Source: an uncultured virus (IMG/VR IMGVR_UViG_3300030202_002165)
Taxonomy: Duplodnaviria; Heunggongvirae; Uroviricota; Caudoviricetes
IMG/VR virus record: IMGVR_UViG_3300030202_002165
Reading direction: 5' to 3' (one strand)
Length of the DNA: 64,000 nucleotides
The notes under the pieces were generated by a model that made no database searches, was not told the origin of the DNA, and saw only the letters and a list, made by a program, of their open reading frames with translations. A program made the position numbers and the translations under genes. Positions 21,801-29,395 of the stretch are shown here, one piece after another. Position 1 is the first letter of the stretch; every line of letters begins with the position of its first letter.

Positions 21801-24170
21801 GTCCTATTAATAGACATTTCAAGTCCATGTTCACCATTTATATTTTTTGAATATGTTGATACTGCATGCCCAGCAACTCCTACACAAATTACTATAGATT
21901 GGCTTCATGACGGTAATCCAGCCTCACAACAAATTGTTGCTGCTCCTGTTACAAATACTATTTATAGTTTATCTAACGGCGTTATAACACCATATGGAGA
22001 TGGTACATGGACAATAAATGTAACATTGGTATTTGGAGGGACTAGTATTCCAAATTGTATTATTACTGATTCTATTCCTATAGTTCTTCCAGTATTTGGA
22101 TGTACTGACCCTTTTGCGCCTAACTATAATCCACTAGCAACATGCGATGATGGATCATGTTTATCTCCAATTTTAGGCTGTACAGATTCTGCAGCATTGA
22201 ATTTTCATCCTACTGCAACTCAAGACGATGGGTCTTGTATTTATTGTGGAACAGGGTGTACTGACGCTGCGGGAGGCCCGTATTCTAATTATGACGCAGC
22301 AGCAATTTGTGATTGCGACGGCTATTGGTTACAAGAAGGATATTGTGATGACGGCGCAGGTAATGTAGCTTTAGCTTATGATCCTACAGCCTGTTCAGCT
22401 TTAGGAGGTGCACATAATTGGGTAGTAACATATACTAATAATACTACTTCTCCAACATGGGATAGCTGCTGTTTACCATGTGTATATGGATGTACAAACA
22501 TTTTATATTCAAATTATAATCCAGCAGCAACATGTCCATGTACTGAAACTTTAGGAACTGAGCCGTGTAACGCTAGTACACTTTCGGTTACAGGTGACGA
22601 TTGCTGTTGCACTAGTTGTGTATATGGTTGTACAGATGATGGTAATCATAGTCAAGGTTGGTGGGATGGTGCAAATATAGCTTTATATGATTATGCCACA
22701 GCTACAGGAATTATAAGCTATGGGCTAGATCCTAATGATCAGGCAAATGGCGGCGCTATAAATTTTGATGCATCTGCTACTTGTGAAGATGGCTCATGTA
22801 CATACGCAGGATGTACCGATTGTGGTACATATTGGGAAAGTCAAAATGGTTTATTCTGTGATGGAGTTGGACCAGCTTCAACTGTAGGAGCGTCAAATTA
22901 TAATCCTAATTTAGCTGCTGATTGCGCAAGAGTAAATATACCAAATGCAAGTCCTGATTATACTTGTTGTACTTATCCTACAGGAGGATGTACAGATGGT
23001 GTGATGCCAGCTTTAAATTATGATCCTTTGGCAGTTGTAGATAACGGATCATGTATGTATTGTGATGTTCTTACAGGAAACTATGAAGATGCTGCAGGAG
23101 TTGATCAAGCCTCTTGGGCAACGGGTACGTATGTACAAACTCCAACTACTGATCCAGCTACGGCAGATGGAACTTTATTTGTATCTTTTAACCTTACTGC
23201 TACAGGAGTAATACTACAAAATACTCCAGAGTTTTTATCCGGAACTAATAGATTTGCTATAGAATTATATTCTGTAATGAATCAATGTGATACTTGGGAT
23301 ACCGGAACGCTTATAGTATCTAGCCCTAATGTACTTACAACACAAGCAACAATTACGAATTTATTTACTGGATTACCTTTTGGATATTATGCAGCTAAAT
23401 TAGTTGTAAATAATCTAATAGGAACAGTAGAACCGACAGAATGTTGGATTGATTTATGCACTGAAGTGCAGAGTAATGTTTGTACTGATTTAACAGCGTC
23501 TAATTGTAATACTTGTACACCAGCTCCTCCTATAGTAGTTCCAGCATCGTTAGTAGTATCAGATAATAGTTTATGTGTCTATCCAGGATATTGCGCATGT
23601 ACGATAGCTTTAACAACTGTTGTTGGTCCTATATGTACAAATACAGCTGATATAAATGCTACATTAACTTGTGCAGTTGCTACTGATATTAGTTGGCAAT
23701 GGCTTGATGGAAGTGGCCTACTAATTTCTTCAGGAACTACTGCAGCATTTACAACGGGCATAATTTCTACGTTATCTATTACTGCTAACGGTACATATAC
23801 ATTTGAATATGATGAAACAAGCACTCCATATTTAACTTGTGCAACTCAAACTAATAATGTAGTAGTAACAAGTATATTAAATTGTGCTTGTACAGATTCT
23901 ACTGCGTCTAACTATGACGCAACAGCTACTCATAATTGCCTTGGACTACCTGTACCTGACCAGTCCGCAGGATGGAATTCTCAACCATGTTGTTTATATT
24001 GTATATATGGATGTACAAGTGCAACTGCTTTAAATTATAACCCGTTGGCAACATGTGATGACGGGTCTTGTATTGAACCTGGAGATGGATGTTGTGATCC
24101 ATTAGCTAGTAACTACAATTCATTTGCTACAAACTGTGTAGATGCGTTGTGTGAATATTGTAACGAATAA
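12801..24170 (+). CDS. Giant 3789 aa Cys/Thr/Gly-rich repeat protein, putative virion fibre/adhesin
   Basis: Uninterrupted ORF; about 25 GC(T/M)D..A.NY(D/N)..A..DDGSC repeats interspersed with beta-sandwich-like domains; no signal peptide; lies among tail genes. Confidence 0.7.
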   Translation: MATCPTCSSVSFASVTATQCSSTWSITLNSCNPFLRVTTFIEYEQTGWGLQPNWWENVELKYDPSTHHYLSDTLQGYYHQEVSGLGLDDKTSYTAGSLLLAHQCSSISYFQKNGSGNYRIKVVTDYTDGTVCTQYSNTLAITIGGASPNPVDLTLNESCGCTTSDATFGADAKLAYNYYDGTPTCAAGCRFESCPTFLIDSTGDVVYSLPTDIIGQAGRTVKLFDASTVLGVPTSKGIAAENNRMYISAGIDSGTWPTSHEYLVELSYDWPGTPSLAGATATSFKIGKFDYTGLTWTSNALLGGTPTTGMRQRYIEAPNAIGNYSIGFTSGRVLALMPKTVMYELNEGYPGAYTSITYGGFFNPAVPASYEYGLICDCSYNKTGEPYLLEGLCLLNLHPASMADPDTIGAADIKPLMMFPEKGIYTTAARNYGLQHTGGYGANIADNASGINGSMISDYGFTAAYNYYTKSSGDAICGFANGGISIWTAIQSQTAIATGVSSSPCSGKADCPPFYHSSDATAPNATTAYPKFLERFEYATGDANSVHRYPTVHIEKAQRLRFVDGTCNTVDANSICTDGEGWYHIASKELHHEIYDLWSTTNLISPVFRSASKQHWAHAIKGLGLVSRSSHTSYLDIYEQSFFITSHEIPHADNQTWMYSFEPFTVKAQSALIPRKIDHAYTGSPLALWEVYDATSCMGRTGGAPCADPLAMNYDPNALLGNSPSGYEGQLVATCLYCDLASGNVEGTAPGDDGLSGDLEESFKLVDISTTPATWSNWGDGTITMSVDLMPLFAASFPNPAVNWRYKAELYRVNGPGLGWQDPMSYIVAGGIQDQLTTPTVTFASSTYPVPLLVPEGHYSIKWSINVITAGVYEIEECWWEYPASVASSNQEANPPIFALLEVVPSLFTMTVNVYDTTRGVVLPNLYPGAGLYAPPFQPGSLSHACMYEGSCIDAVTGSIVTEPNFNTPTLCNSAGHTWLGYDPIANVEDVTSTHFGTGRNYADNAAPMSFTHPYPVLSTPVPNGYLQSGYTMNYWTTGAGVETSPTWFNIDQGSMWPSEKIAIKVTWQSGWTKTFEVNTPIIYGYTHDAIPQIMGHQTQASVMACTGEMWPTSQYQYNEMQRTQSMYNIYGNPNPGLSPHSAASVTSISLHNPGGGPNYTSTHPIANDMYRQTFLHVEEMPTIPAPTYPITTMYDGIAPSTTNSNAGWMVGIGTHEMIYHSMTGYLQDNGTNLLHAGMIIGGFTGEIQLRFGVTNTPVTWADANPGLMFTPNYNSYGSGGTGDYDNLINMLQAGTGVAGVNDYTVPAGPAPGVGTAGTITEGGVSGMQFADSVVYGKDCPVCLPPSGDLACRWSSGNSTGAPFIGGTGPAVNQITGATINYNAINYISNSPFATNRSTDDGSCLTCHWSTGKLMTDAWDPTDDSPAQWEFYKTNPPPVGNVGGGPGQVDYQTGTIVEGTGNILENNFPGINYSSVNTSSINISDTLTGGFAALSSDPGFYKMETPASTYLGHAMDTLDYGAINIQTHLYSQFILAIAVSKGTTPIGSDLQMRYELSKWDGSAWVLCEERVTTDYFNGVPTTMQLFTSGTSTTGTNLSYGQYRLRVRAELQSEPYTGQEKISLCFQDLFFNLRVRVCPIHFNTTDGINIPDPNDRIVDPSLNCSCCEATIPTLTQTGDCTVGFTQNIVANFDCTPDNLATAVTAELWFTPAGGPGAGVAVSLGNFPAITGAPVTSGTMAFGSNVSGNAAIYGGDYYIVSTYTTTSGTCDPLTSPSITVTPLPTCDCQDSNAVNWLAIVPNGNADCVGVIGGTNYDCCSYPTSCDPPVVAVASDPCNVTVTLTNTCDLTTPPDDTPAVRLQFFDLSTSGGVYVAAQSMIVHSHNIAPGNVTPSLTYTLTNDCSVNQLAAFSGTGPYIVRQVQQWIPNYTIESFSNTFDLYSGTNPTGTTDYPVICGCTNPAAGNYNPTAACDDGSCLISGCTDGGSTGYDATIGLYATGALDDGIDANNYDPAANFDDGTCTYNPEPYAAYTMSRWIRLDCGNGWCNPRLELGWTNAEYDMVGNFIEYPDTITILFGFSTDDGATWTDSTLGTMWGVIPQNGTQGWGITPTIQPIANIFWYWFQEGLIASADPFDCRIRWNIKATYPNYPDAYSANAAQISGSPFQGGYKEFLYVNPHTVNSLLPLTGYSQLHVLDQSNGTPGQQTYCNPNTPMQLFTDNSSMQIAHAGAPGENAIILAAPCGCTDDGNVTIGTAWTNPTTSLYNSPFPGTPATNVMTNPGLGIDNGTCEYHGCMDPSGGAPYDPNYTHDCTTICGTPTCCCVFAGCTDPCATNYDPTATVDDSSCILPDPVSSGSWSAGACSSSYTIIVQDSSGSNAAWGFLAAAMTVTHDGTVLGTFPVTTTIPNFLTVHPQMSCSTGVYNFFTQGAGTYVFDFVITYPSGCTDTVSHTVIVDSTHIPICGCVNCPTCSNYDPSATCDDGSCAGCTDFTACNYNPGASIDDGSCYYCGCTDPSAANYNANATVDDGSCLWWHIWQACGTSDQTAIGSGNTSGAVSLAQNNAALLIINPLAVPGQTFIYPYWDGTAWDTTQCWEYIGQSNTAAFYNAPNSVGPVPSQWIVTAPAVTYADCTACMPVPGCTDPLATNYNASATVDDGSCVYPCCDAPTLAQAAGHLDSCDAEYVMNINCNSPATDNADTIVTTLEFDDSGTWQIANTSTHNPGGTDNIASHTLTYHYNCSADDFGGYGTGTYRIKSVITYSSGHTCTQYSTLESITLDAGGCTDPTATNYDPNAVCQCVTCLFSHCCDTPVLTLDLSNGICDQSLECAVTCNPAADDGYTALWQRWSSGSWTTIQTDTSSAATGGVTLTLPNALLHTASGTSENYRVVFTSDYTAPTPDCQVISNVLTVVAPILGCMDGGSTEYNVTTGFPGDGITDGLTASNYDATAQCPGVTCCIDGCTDPLATNYNWNTANSVDVTTLGHAAATCDDGGCTYACCSNPVLLIDISSPCSPFIFFEYVDTACPATPTQITIDWLHDGNPASQQIVAAPVTNTIYSLSNGVITPYGDGTWTINVTLVFGGTSIPNCIITDSIPIVLPVFGCTDPFAPNYNPLATCDDGSCLSPILGCTDSAALNFHPTATQDDGSCIYCGTGCTDAAGGPYSNYDAAAICDCDGYWLQEGYCDDGAGNVALAYDPTACSALGGAHNWVVTYTNNTTSPTWDSCCLPCVYGCTNILYSNYNPAATCPCTETLGTEPCNASTLSVTGDDCCCTSCVYGCTDDGNHSQGWWDGANIALYDYATATGIISYGLDPNDQANGGAINFDASATCEDGSCTYAGCTDCGTYWESQNGLFCDGVGPASTVGASNYNPNLAADCARVNIPNASPDYTCCTYPTGGCTDGVMPALNYDPLAVVDNGSCMYCDVLTGNYEDAAGVDQASWATGTYVQTPTTDPATADGTLFVSFNLTATGVILQNTPEFLSGTNRFAIELYSVMNQCDTWDTGTLIVSSPNVLTTQATITNLFTGLPFGYYAAKLVVNNLIGTVEPTECWIDLCTEVQSNVCTDLTASNCNTCTPAPPIVVPASLVVSDNSLCVYPGYCACTIALTTVVGPICTNTADINATLTCAVATDISWQWLDGSGLLISSGTTAAFTTGIISTLSITANGTYTFEYDETSTPYLTCATQTNNVVVTSILNCACTDSTASNYDATATHNCLGLPVPDQSAGWNSQPCCLYCIYGCTSATALNYNPLATCDDGSCIEPGDGCCDPLASNYNSFATNCVDALCEYCNE

Positions 24171-24182
24171 AAAAATAAAAAT

Positions 24183-24479
24183 ATGCCTTCAAATTTAACC
24201 TTAAATACAGCAATACTTAACAAAATGCAAAAGTGTCTTGCCCGCGATGGAGATACTTTACTTAATAAAATAGAAACTGGACGTATAGATGATTGTTCTG
24301 TGTTAAGCATGACAACGTTTGCACTTATAGATTATCTATTAACAAAGATAGACCCGTTACCTCTAGAGTGTTTAATTCCGTGTGATGTAGAGTATTCTGG
24401 AAATATGACCGATGCGTCGCATGGTTATTTAAATAAATTTATTAACTTTGCAAATCAACACTGCAGAAACTGTTCATAG
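24183..24479 (+). CDS. Small Cys-containing structural protein (tail-hub-like by position)
   Basis: 98 aa helical, C-terminal HCRNC; A-rich start context. Confidence 0.5.
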   Translation: MPSNLTLNTAILNKMQKCLARDGDTLLNKIETGRIDDCSVLSMTTFALIDYLLTKIDPLPLECLIPCDVEYSGNMTDASHGYLNKFINFANQHCRNCS

Positions 24480-24516
24480 TTTTGTGGTATAATTTTAATA
24501 AAAACAATATATAAAA

Positions 24517-24948
24517 ATGGAAACAATGACAAAAATTGAGAGTAAAATGGTAACCTTTAAAGGCCCTAAAAATGAATTAGTAGAGGTATTAAATGGTCTC
24601 TATTCTACAGCAGAATTAAAAGGTAAAAAGTTTGCTTTAGTAAGTAGTAAAAATATTCAACTTATTAAAACTTTTTTACAAGATGTAGAAGAGCTTGCTA
24701 AGCCTTCTCCTGAGTTTATTACGTTTGCAGAAACAGTAAAAGCTTTAAATGGAGATAAAGCAGCTATTGATGCGGCAGAAGCAAAAGAACCAGAGTTAGT
24801 TAAAGCAAGGCAGGAGCAATTAGATGTTGTTAATCAAATGCTTGCAGAAGAAGCAGAGATTAAATTATTTGCATTAACTACAGAAATGTTACCAGAAGAC
24901 ATTGTATCTCACCAAATAACTTTATTAAATAAAATATTAATCGATTAA
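24517..24948 (+). CDS. Hypothetical helical phage protein
   Basis: 143 aa ORF with A-rich start context (aaaaATG); TAnnTTTG candidates at 24443 and 24477. Confidence 0.6.
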   Translation: METMTKIESKMVTFKGPKNELVEVLNGLYSTAELKGKKFALVSSKNIQLIKTFLQDVEELAKPSPEFITFAETVKALNGDKAAIDAAEAKEPELVKARQEQLDVVNQMLAEEAEIKLFALTTEMLPEDIVSHQITLLNKILID

Positions 24949-24961
24949 ATTAAATTAAAAA

Positions 24962-25327
24962 ATGGCAAATCTAACAACAAAAATTACTTTAACTAGTACT
25001 GATGCTTCTACAGATTCATTAAGCGTAGTATTAACTAAAGCCTTAACAACAACTACTCCTTCAGAAGGTTTATCTAGAGTATCTGTAGCTACTTCAGGAC
25101 AACACAATGTTTTAACTACAGCTGATAACACAGCTATTACATATGTATATTTAAAAAATTGTGATGGTGCAAATATTATTACGGTAAAAACAGATGCCGG
25201 AGCAGCTTTTATGGATCTAGGTCCTTATGAATGGGCATTCATGCCTATTAAAGGAACTATTGGTCTAGAGGCTACTGCAAATACAGCTCCGTGTGTATTA
25301 GAGTACGGATACTGGACTAAAGCGTAG
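24962..25327 (+). CDS. Small beta-rich putative structural protein
   Basis: T/A-rich 121 aa, jelly-roll-like pattern (YVYLKN...LGPYEWAFMP...LEYG). Confidence 0.55.
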   Translation: MANLTTKITLTSTDASTDSLSVVLTKALTTTTPSEGLSRVSVATSGQHNVLTTADNTAITYVYLKNCDGANIITVKTDAGAAFMDLGPYEWAFMPIKGTIGLEATANTAPCVLEYGYWTKA

Positions 25328-25336
25328 TAGTTACTA

Positions 25337-25615
25337 ATGGCTAAGGAGCTGAATGAAGATACTGGCTTTACAGTCAGTATAAAGACACTTGTAGCAATTG
25401 GATTTGCTATGGCTACTATTATTAGTATGTGGTTTATGCTACAAGCTGATATAGAGGAAGCAAAAACGCTTCCTGCTGCTCCAGATCCAGAAGTAACACG
25501 TATGGAGTTTGACATGAAAGATCAAATGATCCGTCAAACAATTATGGATACCAAAAAGGATGTGGAGGAGATTAAAGCTTCTATTGAGAAAATAGAAGAT
25601 AAATTATATAAATGA
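25337..25615 (+). CDS. Single-pass membrane protein with C-terminal coiled coil
   Basis: Hydrophobic TLVAIGFAMATIISMWFML, Pro-rich linker, heptad tail IKASIEKIEDKL. Confidence 0.65.
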   Translation: MAKELNEDTGFTVSIKTLVAIGFAMATIISMWFMLQADIEEAKTLPAAPDPEVTRMEFDMKDQMIRQTIMDTKKDVEEIKASIEKIEDKLYK

Positions 25616-25962
25616 TGAAAATAGAATGGAGAGTATTTTTAACTTGTGTGCTATTTTTCTTTTTATTGTTGTGGTCTGGAATTTGCTCTGCGCAGATAAC
25701 CGCAATACATATTAATGCAGGATGGAATACTGATAATGATGTAGAATGGTTTTCAAAGTTATCAGACTGTAAACAAAAAACTCTTCTTGCGGATAAGGAT
25801 GATAACCAAAAGAAATATAAATTAGCTGTTGTACCTACTATTATATTATTTAAAGACGGAGAAGAGGTTGCTAGGTTTCAAGCTGATCTTAGTTTTAAAA
25901 TGGTGGTAAAAAGAGAAGACGTACAAGATGAGATAGACGATCAATTAATGAGTGATTTTTAA
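25612..25962 (+). CDS. Exported thioredoxin-fold protein lacking CXXC
   Basis: Signal peptide ending CSA|Q; INAGWNTDN aligns to the Trx WCxxC site; VVPTIILFKDGEEVARF is the Trx cis-Pro/beta4-5 motif. Confidence 0.7.
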   Translation: MMKIEWRVFLTCVLFFFLLLWSGICSAQITAIHINAGWNTDNDVEWFSKLSDCKQKTLLADKDDNQKKYKLAVVPTIILFKDGEEVARFQADLSFKMVVKREDVQDEIDDQLMSDF

Positions 25963-25963
25963 T

Positions 25964-26194
25964 ATGTGGAAATTATTTCAAAATAAGAATGATATAAATG
26001 AAAAGAATATAATTGGGTTTATATCTTTTGGTGTTATGGTGCTATTTGCATTTGCAGATCTCATTACTAGTTTTGTGTTTTCAGGTGATGATGCTTATTT
26101 ATTAATTAATGATACTATATATAATTCTTTTGTTCTTGTAACATTAGGATGTTTTGGCATTAGTGCATTTGAAAAAGTAAAAAGTAAAGAATGA
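25964..26194 (+). CDS. Small two-TM membrane protein (holin-like topology)
   Basis: Two hydrophobic segments and basic C-terminus; ATG at 25964 preferred over GTG at 25952. Confidence 0.55.
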   Translation: MWKLFQNKNDINEKNIIGFISFGVMVLFAFADLITSFVFSGDDAYLLINDTIYNSFVLVTLGCFGISAFEKVKSKE

Positions 26195-29040
26195 AAAATA
26201 TTTTATTAATATTATTATTACCAGTATTAGTATTCTCTCAGGATACTTGGGTAAACTTTAAAGTGCAATTTGATTTTTATGCGCCTTCAGAGTCTAATTT
26301 CTTTATGGTTAATGATAGTTCTGGAACTCAAGCAATTTTTTATCAGCCTACAGTAGCATATGAATATTTAGACACTACAATACTTCTTACTTCAGGGAGT
26401 TATACAGTAACTCTTAATGATACTTATGGAGATGGATGGGTTTCACAAAATCCAGCTCATTTTAAAATGGCTAATGCATGTCAAGGTTTAATTATAAATT
26501 GGGACCCTGTATTAGGCTCTTTTTATTTAAGAGATACTACAGTTAATATATTACCTTGTGCTCCTCCTTATGGGGCATGTTTAGATCCTATTGCAATTAA
26601 TTATGATTCATTAGCTGCTTGGGATGATAGTACTTGCGTATATCCTCCTTGTACTGGTTTAGATACTTTTTATGTATTAAACTATTGCTCTGGAGCTCAA
26701 AATAAAGTTCATTATAAATGGTCTAATATGCCTAATCCTAACTGCAGGATGTTGGCTTACACTAGAACAACAGATATAAATACATTAGGAAATACTTGGT
26801 ATAACTATCCAGCAAACTTTTCTAATACAGGATTATTATATAGTAATTCTCAAAATAATACTACATATTATTTCTTGGGAATGCTTGCTGACTCAAGTTT
26901 AACAGATACTCTGATTGTAACAACGCAAGAATGTATACCAGGATGTATGGACCCACTTGCTTTAAACTACAATCCTTGGGCTAACTCTGATGATGGTACA
27001 TGTCAAATGCCTCCGGCTAATTGTGTAACAGGCGAGTCTAATATAGTAGTATCAATAATGCCAGATACTTATCCAGGAGAAACATCTTGGGAAATAGCAG
27101 ATACAACTGGAACTGTCTTAGCTACATCACCAGCGTATTCTATACCTGGAGTTCCTGTTATTACTGAAGTATGTATACCAAATGGGACAGTAATAGAGTT
27201 TACTTTATTTGATTCTTTTGGAGATGGATTATGCGGTTCGTGTTACGGAGGTGCTGATGGAGGAGCAGTAGTACAGACATTATGTGAAGATACTTTAATA
27301 GCTATATTACCAGGAAATGCTGATTTTGGAAATGATACTTCTGTTATATATACAGTGGCACCGTGTATACCTAATATTATATATGGATGTACAACACCAG
27401 GATTTACAGAATATAATCCGCAGGCTACAGTAAATGACTCATCTTGTGTAACGCCTGTTATATTAGGTTGTGTTGACTCAACATCGCCAGATTATGACCC
27501 TATAGCAAATACAATGGAAATAGTTCCCCAATGCCAATATACATTAGTAATTACTGATGAAGCTGAAGATGGTTGGTACGGAGCTTGGGTAGGTATACTG
27601 CAAGATAGCACAGTGTTAGGGCCTTTTATGATGGGTCCTTATGATGGGTACTCAGAAGAATTTATTATCAGTTTAAATGCGTTTAGTCCCGTAGAGTTAA
27701 TGTTTTTTGCTCCAGGACAATCTGCAACAACAGCAAGTCAATGTGGATTCTTTTTAATAGGGCCTGAAGGTGATACTACACTATCAGGGGGAACTAATCC
27801 TTGGACGGATCCTATGTTACAATTTCCTTATAGGTATCATAATATTCCGTATTGTGGTAATATATGTACACCAGGAGTAATTGGGTGTATGGATCCTATA
27901 GCATTAAACTATGATTCAATGGCTAATATGCCTGACACATGTATATCCGTTATTTTAGGATGTACAAACTCTTTAGCATTTAATTATAATATAATTGCAA
28001 ATGTAGATGATTCTAGCTGTGTTCCAATCATTATAGGGTGTATGGATATAACAGCATTTAATTATAACCCCTCAGCTAATACAAATGATTCAGCATCGTG
28101 TGTTCCTGTAATATATGGCTGTATGGATAATACTATGTTTAATTATAACCCAGCAGCTAATACTTCAAACGGCTCATGTATACCAATAGTTTTTGGATGC
28201 ACAGATGCTTTAGCTTTTAATTATAATGTTTTAGCAAATACAAGTAATAATTCATGTATTCCATTTATATATGGATGCACAGATCCAGACGCTTTAAACT
28301 ATAATCCTTCTGCAAATACTGACGATTCATCATGTGTTTCAATAGTTTATGGGTGCACGGATATAACAATGTTTAATTATAATCCAAATGCGAATACTGA
28401 TAACGGGTCCTGTATTCCTTTTATATATGGATGTACTGATAGTATAATGTTTAATTATGACCCATTAGCAAATACTGACAATGGAAATTGTATCCCTTAT
28501 ATTTATGGTTGTACTGACCCTAGCATGCTTAATTATAATCCGCAAGCAAATACAGAAGATTTTAGTTGCATTTCTTATATTTATGGTTGTATGGATAGCA
28601 CTGCTCTTAATTATGATTCATTGGCTAATACTGACAACGGTTCGTGTGTGGCTGTGGTGCAAGGGTGTATGGATCAAAATGCGTGGAACTACAATCCATT
28701 AGCAAATATAAATCATGGACACGATTCTTTAGGCTGTTTATATGCAGCAACGTGGTGTATAAATGGATCTGGAAATCCTTTCTTTTTAAATGATGAATGT
28801 TATGCTTGGGTAATTGATGTAGATGATTACTGCTGTGAAAATGAATGGGATAATATATGTCAAGCAACTTATGACTATTGTCAAGGTACCTGGTCTGGAC
28901 CTTTACTTAAAAGAGGAGATAAAACTTTAATAATGATTACCGATTTATTAGGAAGGCCAACAATTCAGACTGATAAAAATAAACTTCTTCTCTATATTTA
29001 TAGTGATGGAAGTATTGAAAGAAAATTAATTAATAAATAA
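26191..29040 (+). CDS. Secreted GCTD-repeat protein with T9SS CTD-like C-terminus
   Basis: Signal peptide MKNILLILLLPVLVFS|Q; three D.(Y/F/E).DG(W/L) beta-domains; about 15 GCxD repeats; C-terminal ITDLLGR...LLYIYSDGSIERKLINK resembling Bacteroidota type A CTD. Confidence 0.75.
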   Translation: MKNILLILLLPVLVFSQDTWVNFKVQFDFYAPSESNFFMVNDSSGTQAIFYQPTVAYEYLDTTILLTSGSYTVTLNDTYGDGWVSQNPAHFKMANACQGLIINWDPVLGSFYLRDTTVNILPCAPPYGACLDPIAINYDSLAAWDDSTCVYPPCTGLDTFYVLNYCSGAQNKVHYKWSNMPNPNCRMLAYTRTTDINTLGNTWYNYPANFSNTGLLYSNSQNNTTYYFLGMLADSSLTDTLIVTTQECIPGCMDPLALNYNPWANSDDGTCQMPPANCVTGESNIVVSIMPDTYPGETSWEIADTTGTVLATSPAYSIPGVPVITEVCIPNGTVIEFTLFDSFGDGLCGSCYGGADGGAVVQTLCEDTLIAILPGNADFGNDTSVIYTVAPCIPNIIYGCTTPGFTEYNPQATVNDSSCVTPVILGCVDSTSPDYDPIANTMEIVPQCQYTLVITDEAEDGWYGAWVGILQDSTVLGPFMMGPYDGYSEEFIISLNAFSPVELMFFAPGQSATTASQCGFFLIGPEGDTTLSGGTNPWTDPMLQFPYRYHNIPYCGNICTPGVIGCMDPIALNYDSMANMPDTCISVILGCTNSLAFNYNIIANVDDSSCVPIIIGCMDITAFNYNPSANTNDSASCVPVIYGCMDNTMFNYNPAANTSNGSCIPIVFGCTDALAFNYNVLANTSNNSCIPFIYGCTDPDALNYNPSANTDDSSCVSIVYGCTDITMFNYNPNANTDNGSCIPFIYGCTDSIMFNYDPLANTDNGNCIPYIYGCTDPSMLNYNPQANTEDFSCISYIYGCMDSTALNYDSLANTDNGSCVAVVQGCMDQNAWNYNPLANINHGHDSLGCLYAATWCINGSGNPFFLNDECYAWVIDVDDYCCENEWDNICQATYDYCQGTWSGPLLKRGDKTLIMITDLLGRPTIQTDKNKLLLYIYSDGSIERKLINK
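27883..28737 (+). repeat. Tandem array of 11 coding repeats (about 78 bp, GCxDxxAxNYNPxANTDxxSC)
   Basis: Read directly from translation; units mostly 26 aa. Confidence 0.9.
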
Positions 29041-29050
29041 AATAATAGAT

Positions 29051-29395
29051 ATGGCACAACAAACAATAACTAATCAAATATTATCTAACCTACACGATGT
29101 TATGTTAGATACAATTGAGCCTGGAAGCACAACTCTAATAGATGAAGCTGCTAAAGAATTTACAGGCCCTTTCTACGCTGTAACAGCTTTAGCTGATACT
29201 ATTATTGATGTAGATCAATGTAAGACAGGAATAAAACAAAAAGCTGCAGGAGCTGCATTAGAAGACTTAACAACAGCAAATATTACTGTTACACAAGGAA
29301 TGACTATTTATAGTCACTTTGAATCAATTGAACTAGTTTCTGGAAGCTTATTAGCTTATGCTAGAAAAGGTGTAACTGTAACAGTTGAAGCATAA
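29051..29395 (+). CDS. Small beta-rich hypothetical (putative virion) protein
   Basis: 114 aa; FTGPFYAVTAL...GMTIYSHFESIELVSGSLLAY pattern; TAATG-coupled to LamG gene. Confidence 0.5.
   Translation: MAQQTITNQILSNLHDVMLDTIEPGSTTLIDEAAKEFTGPFYAVTALADTIIDVDQCKTGIKQKAAGAALEDLTTANITVTQGMTIYSHFESIELVSGSLLAYARKGVTVTVEA

Noticed and set aside
27883..28737. Regular ~78 bp repeats resembling a CRISPR array
   Set aside because: Units are in-frame, degenerate at synonymous sites and conserved as protein; there are no identical repeats with unique spacers
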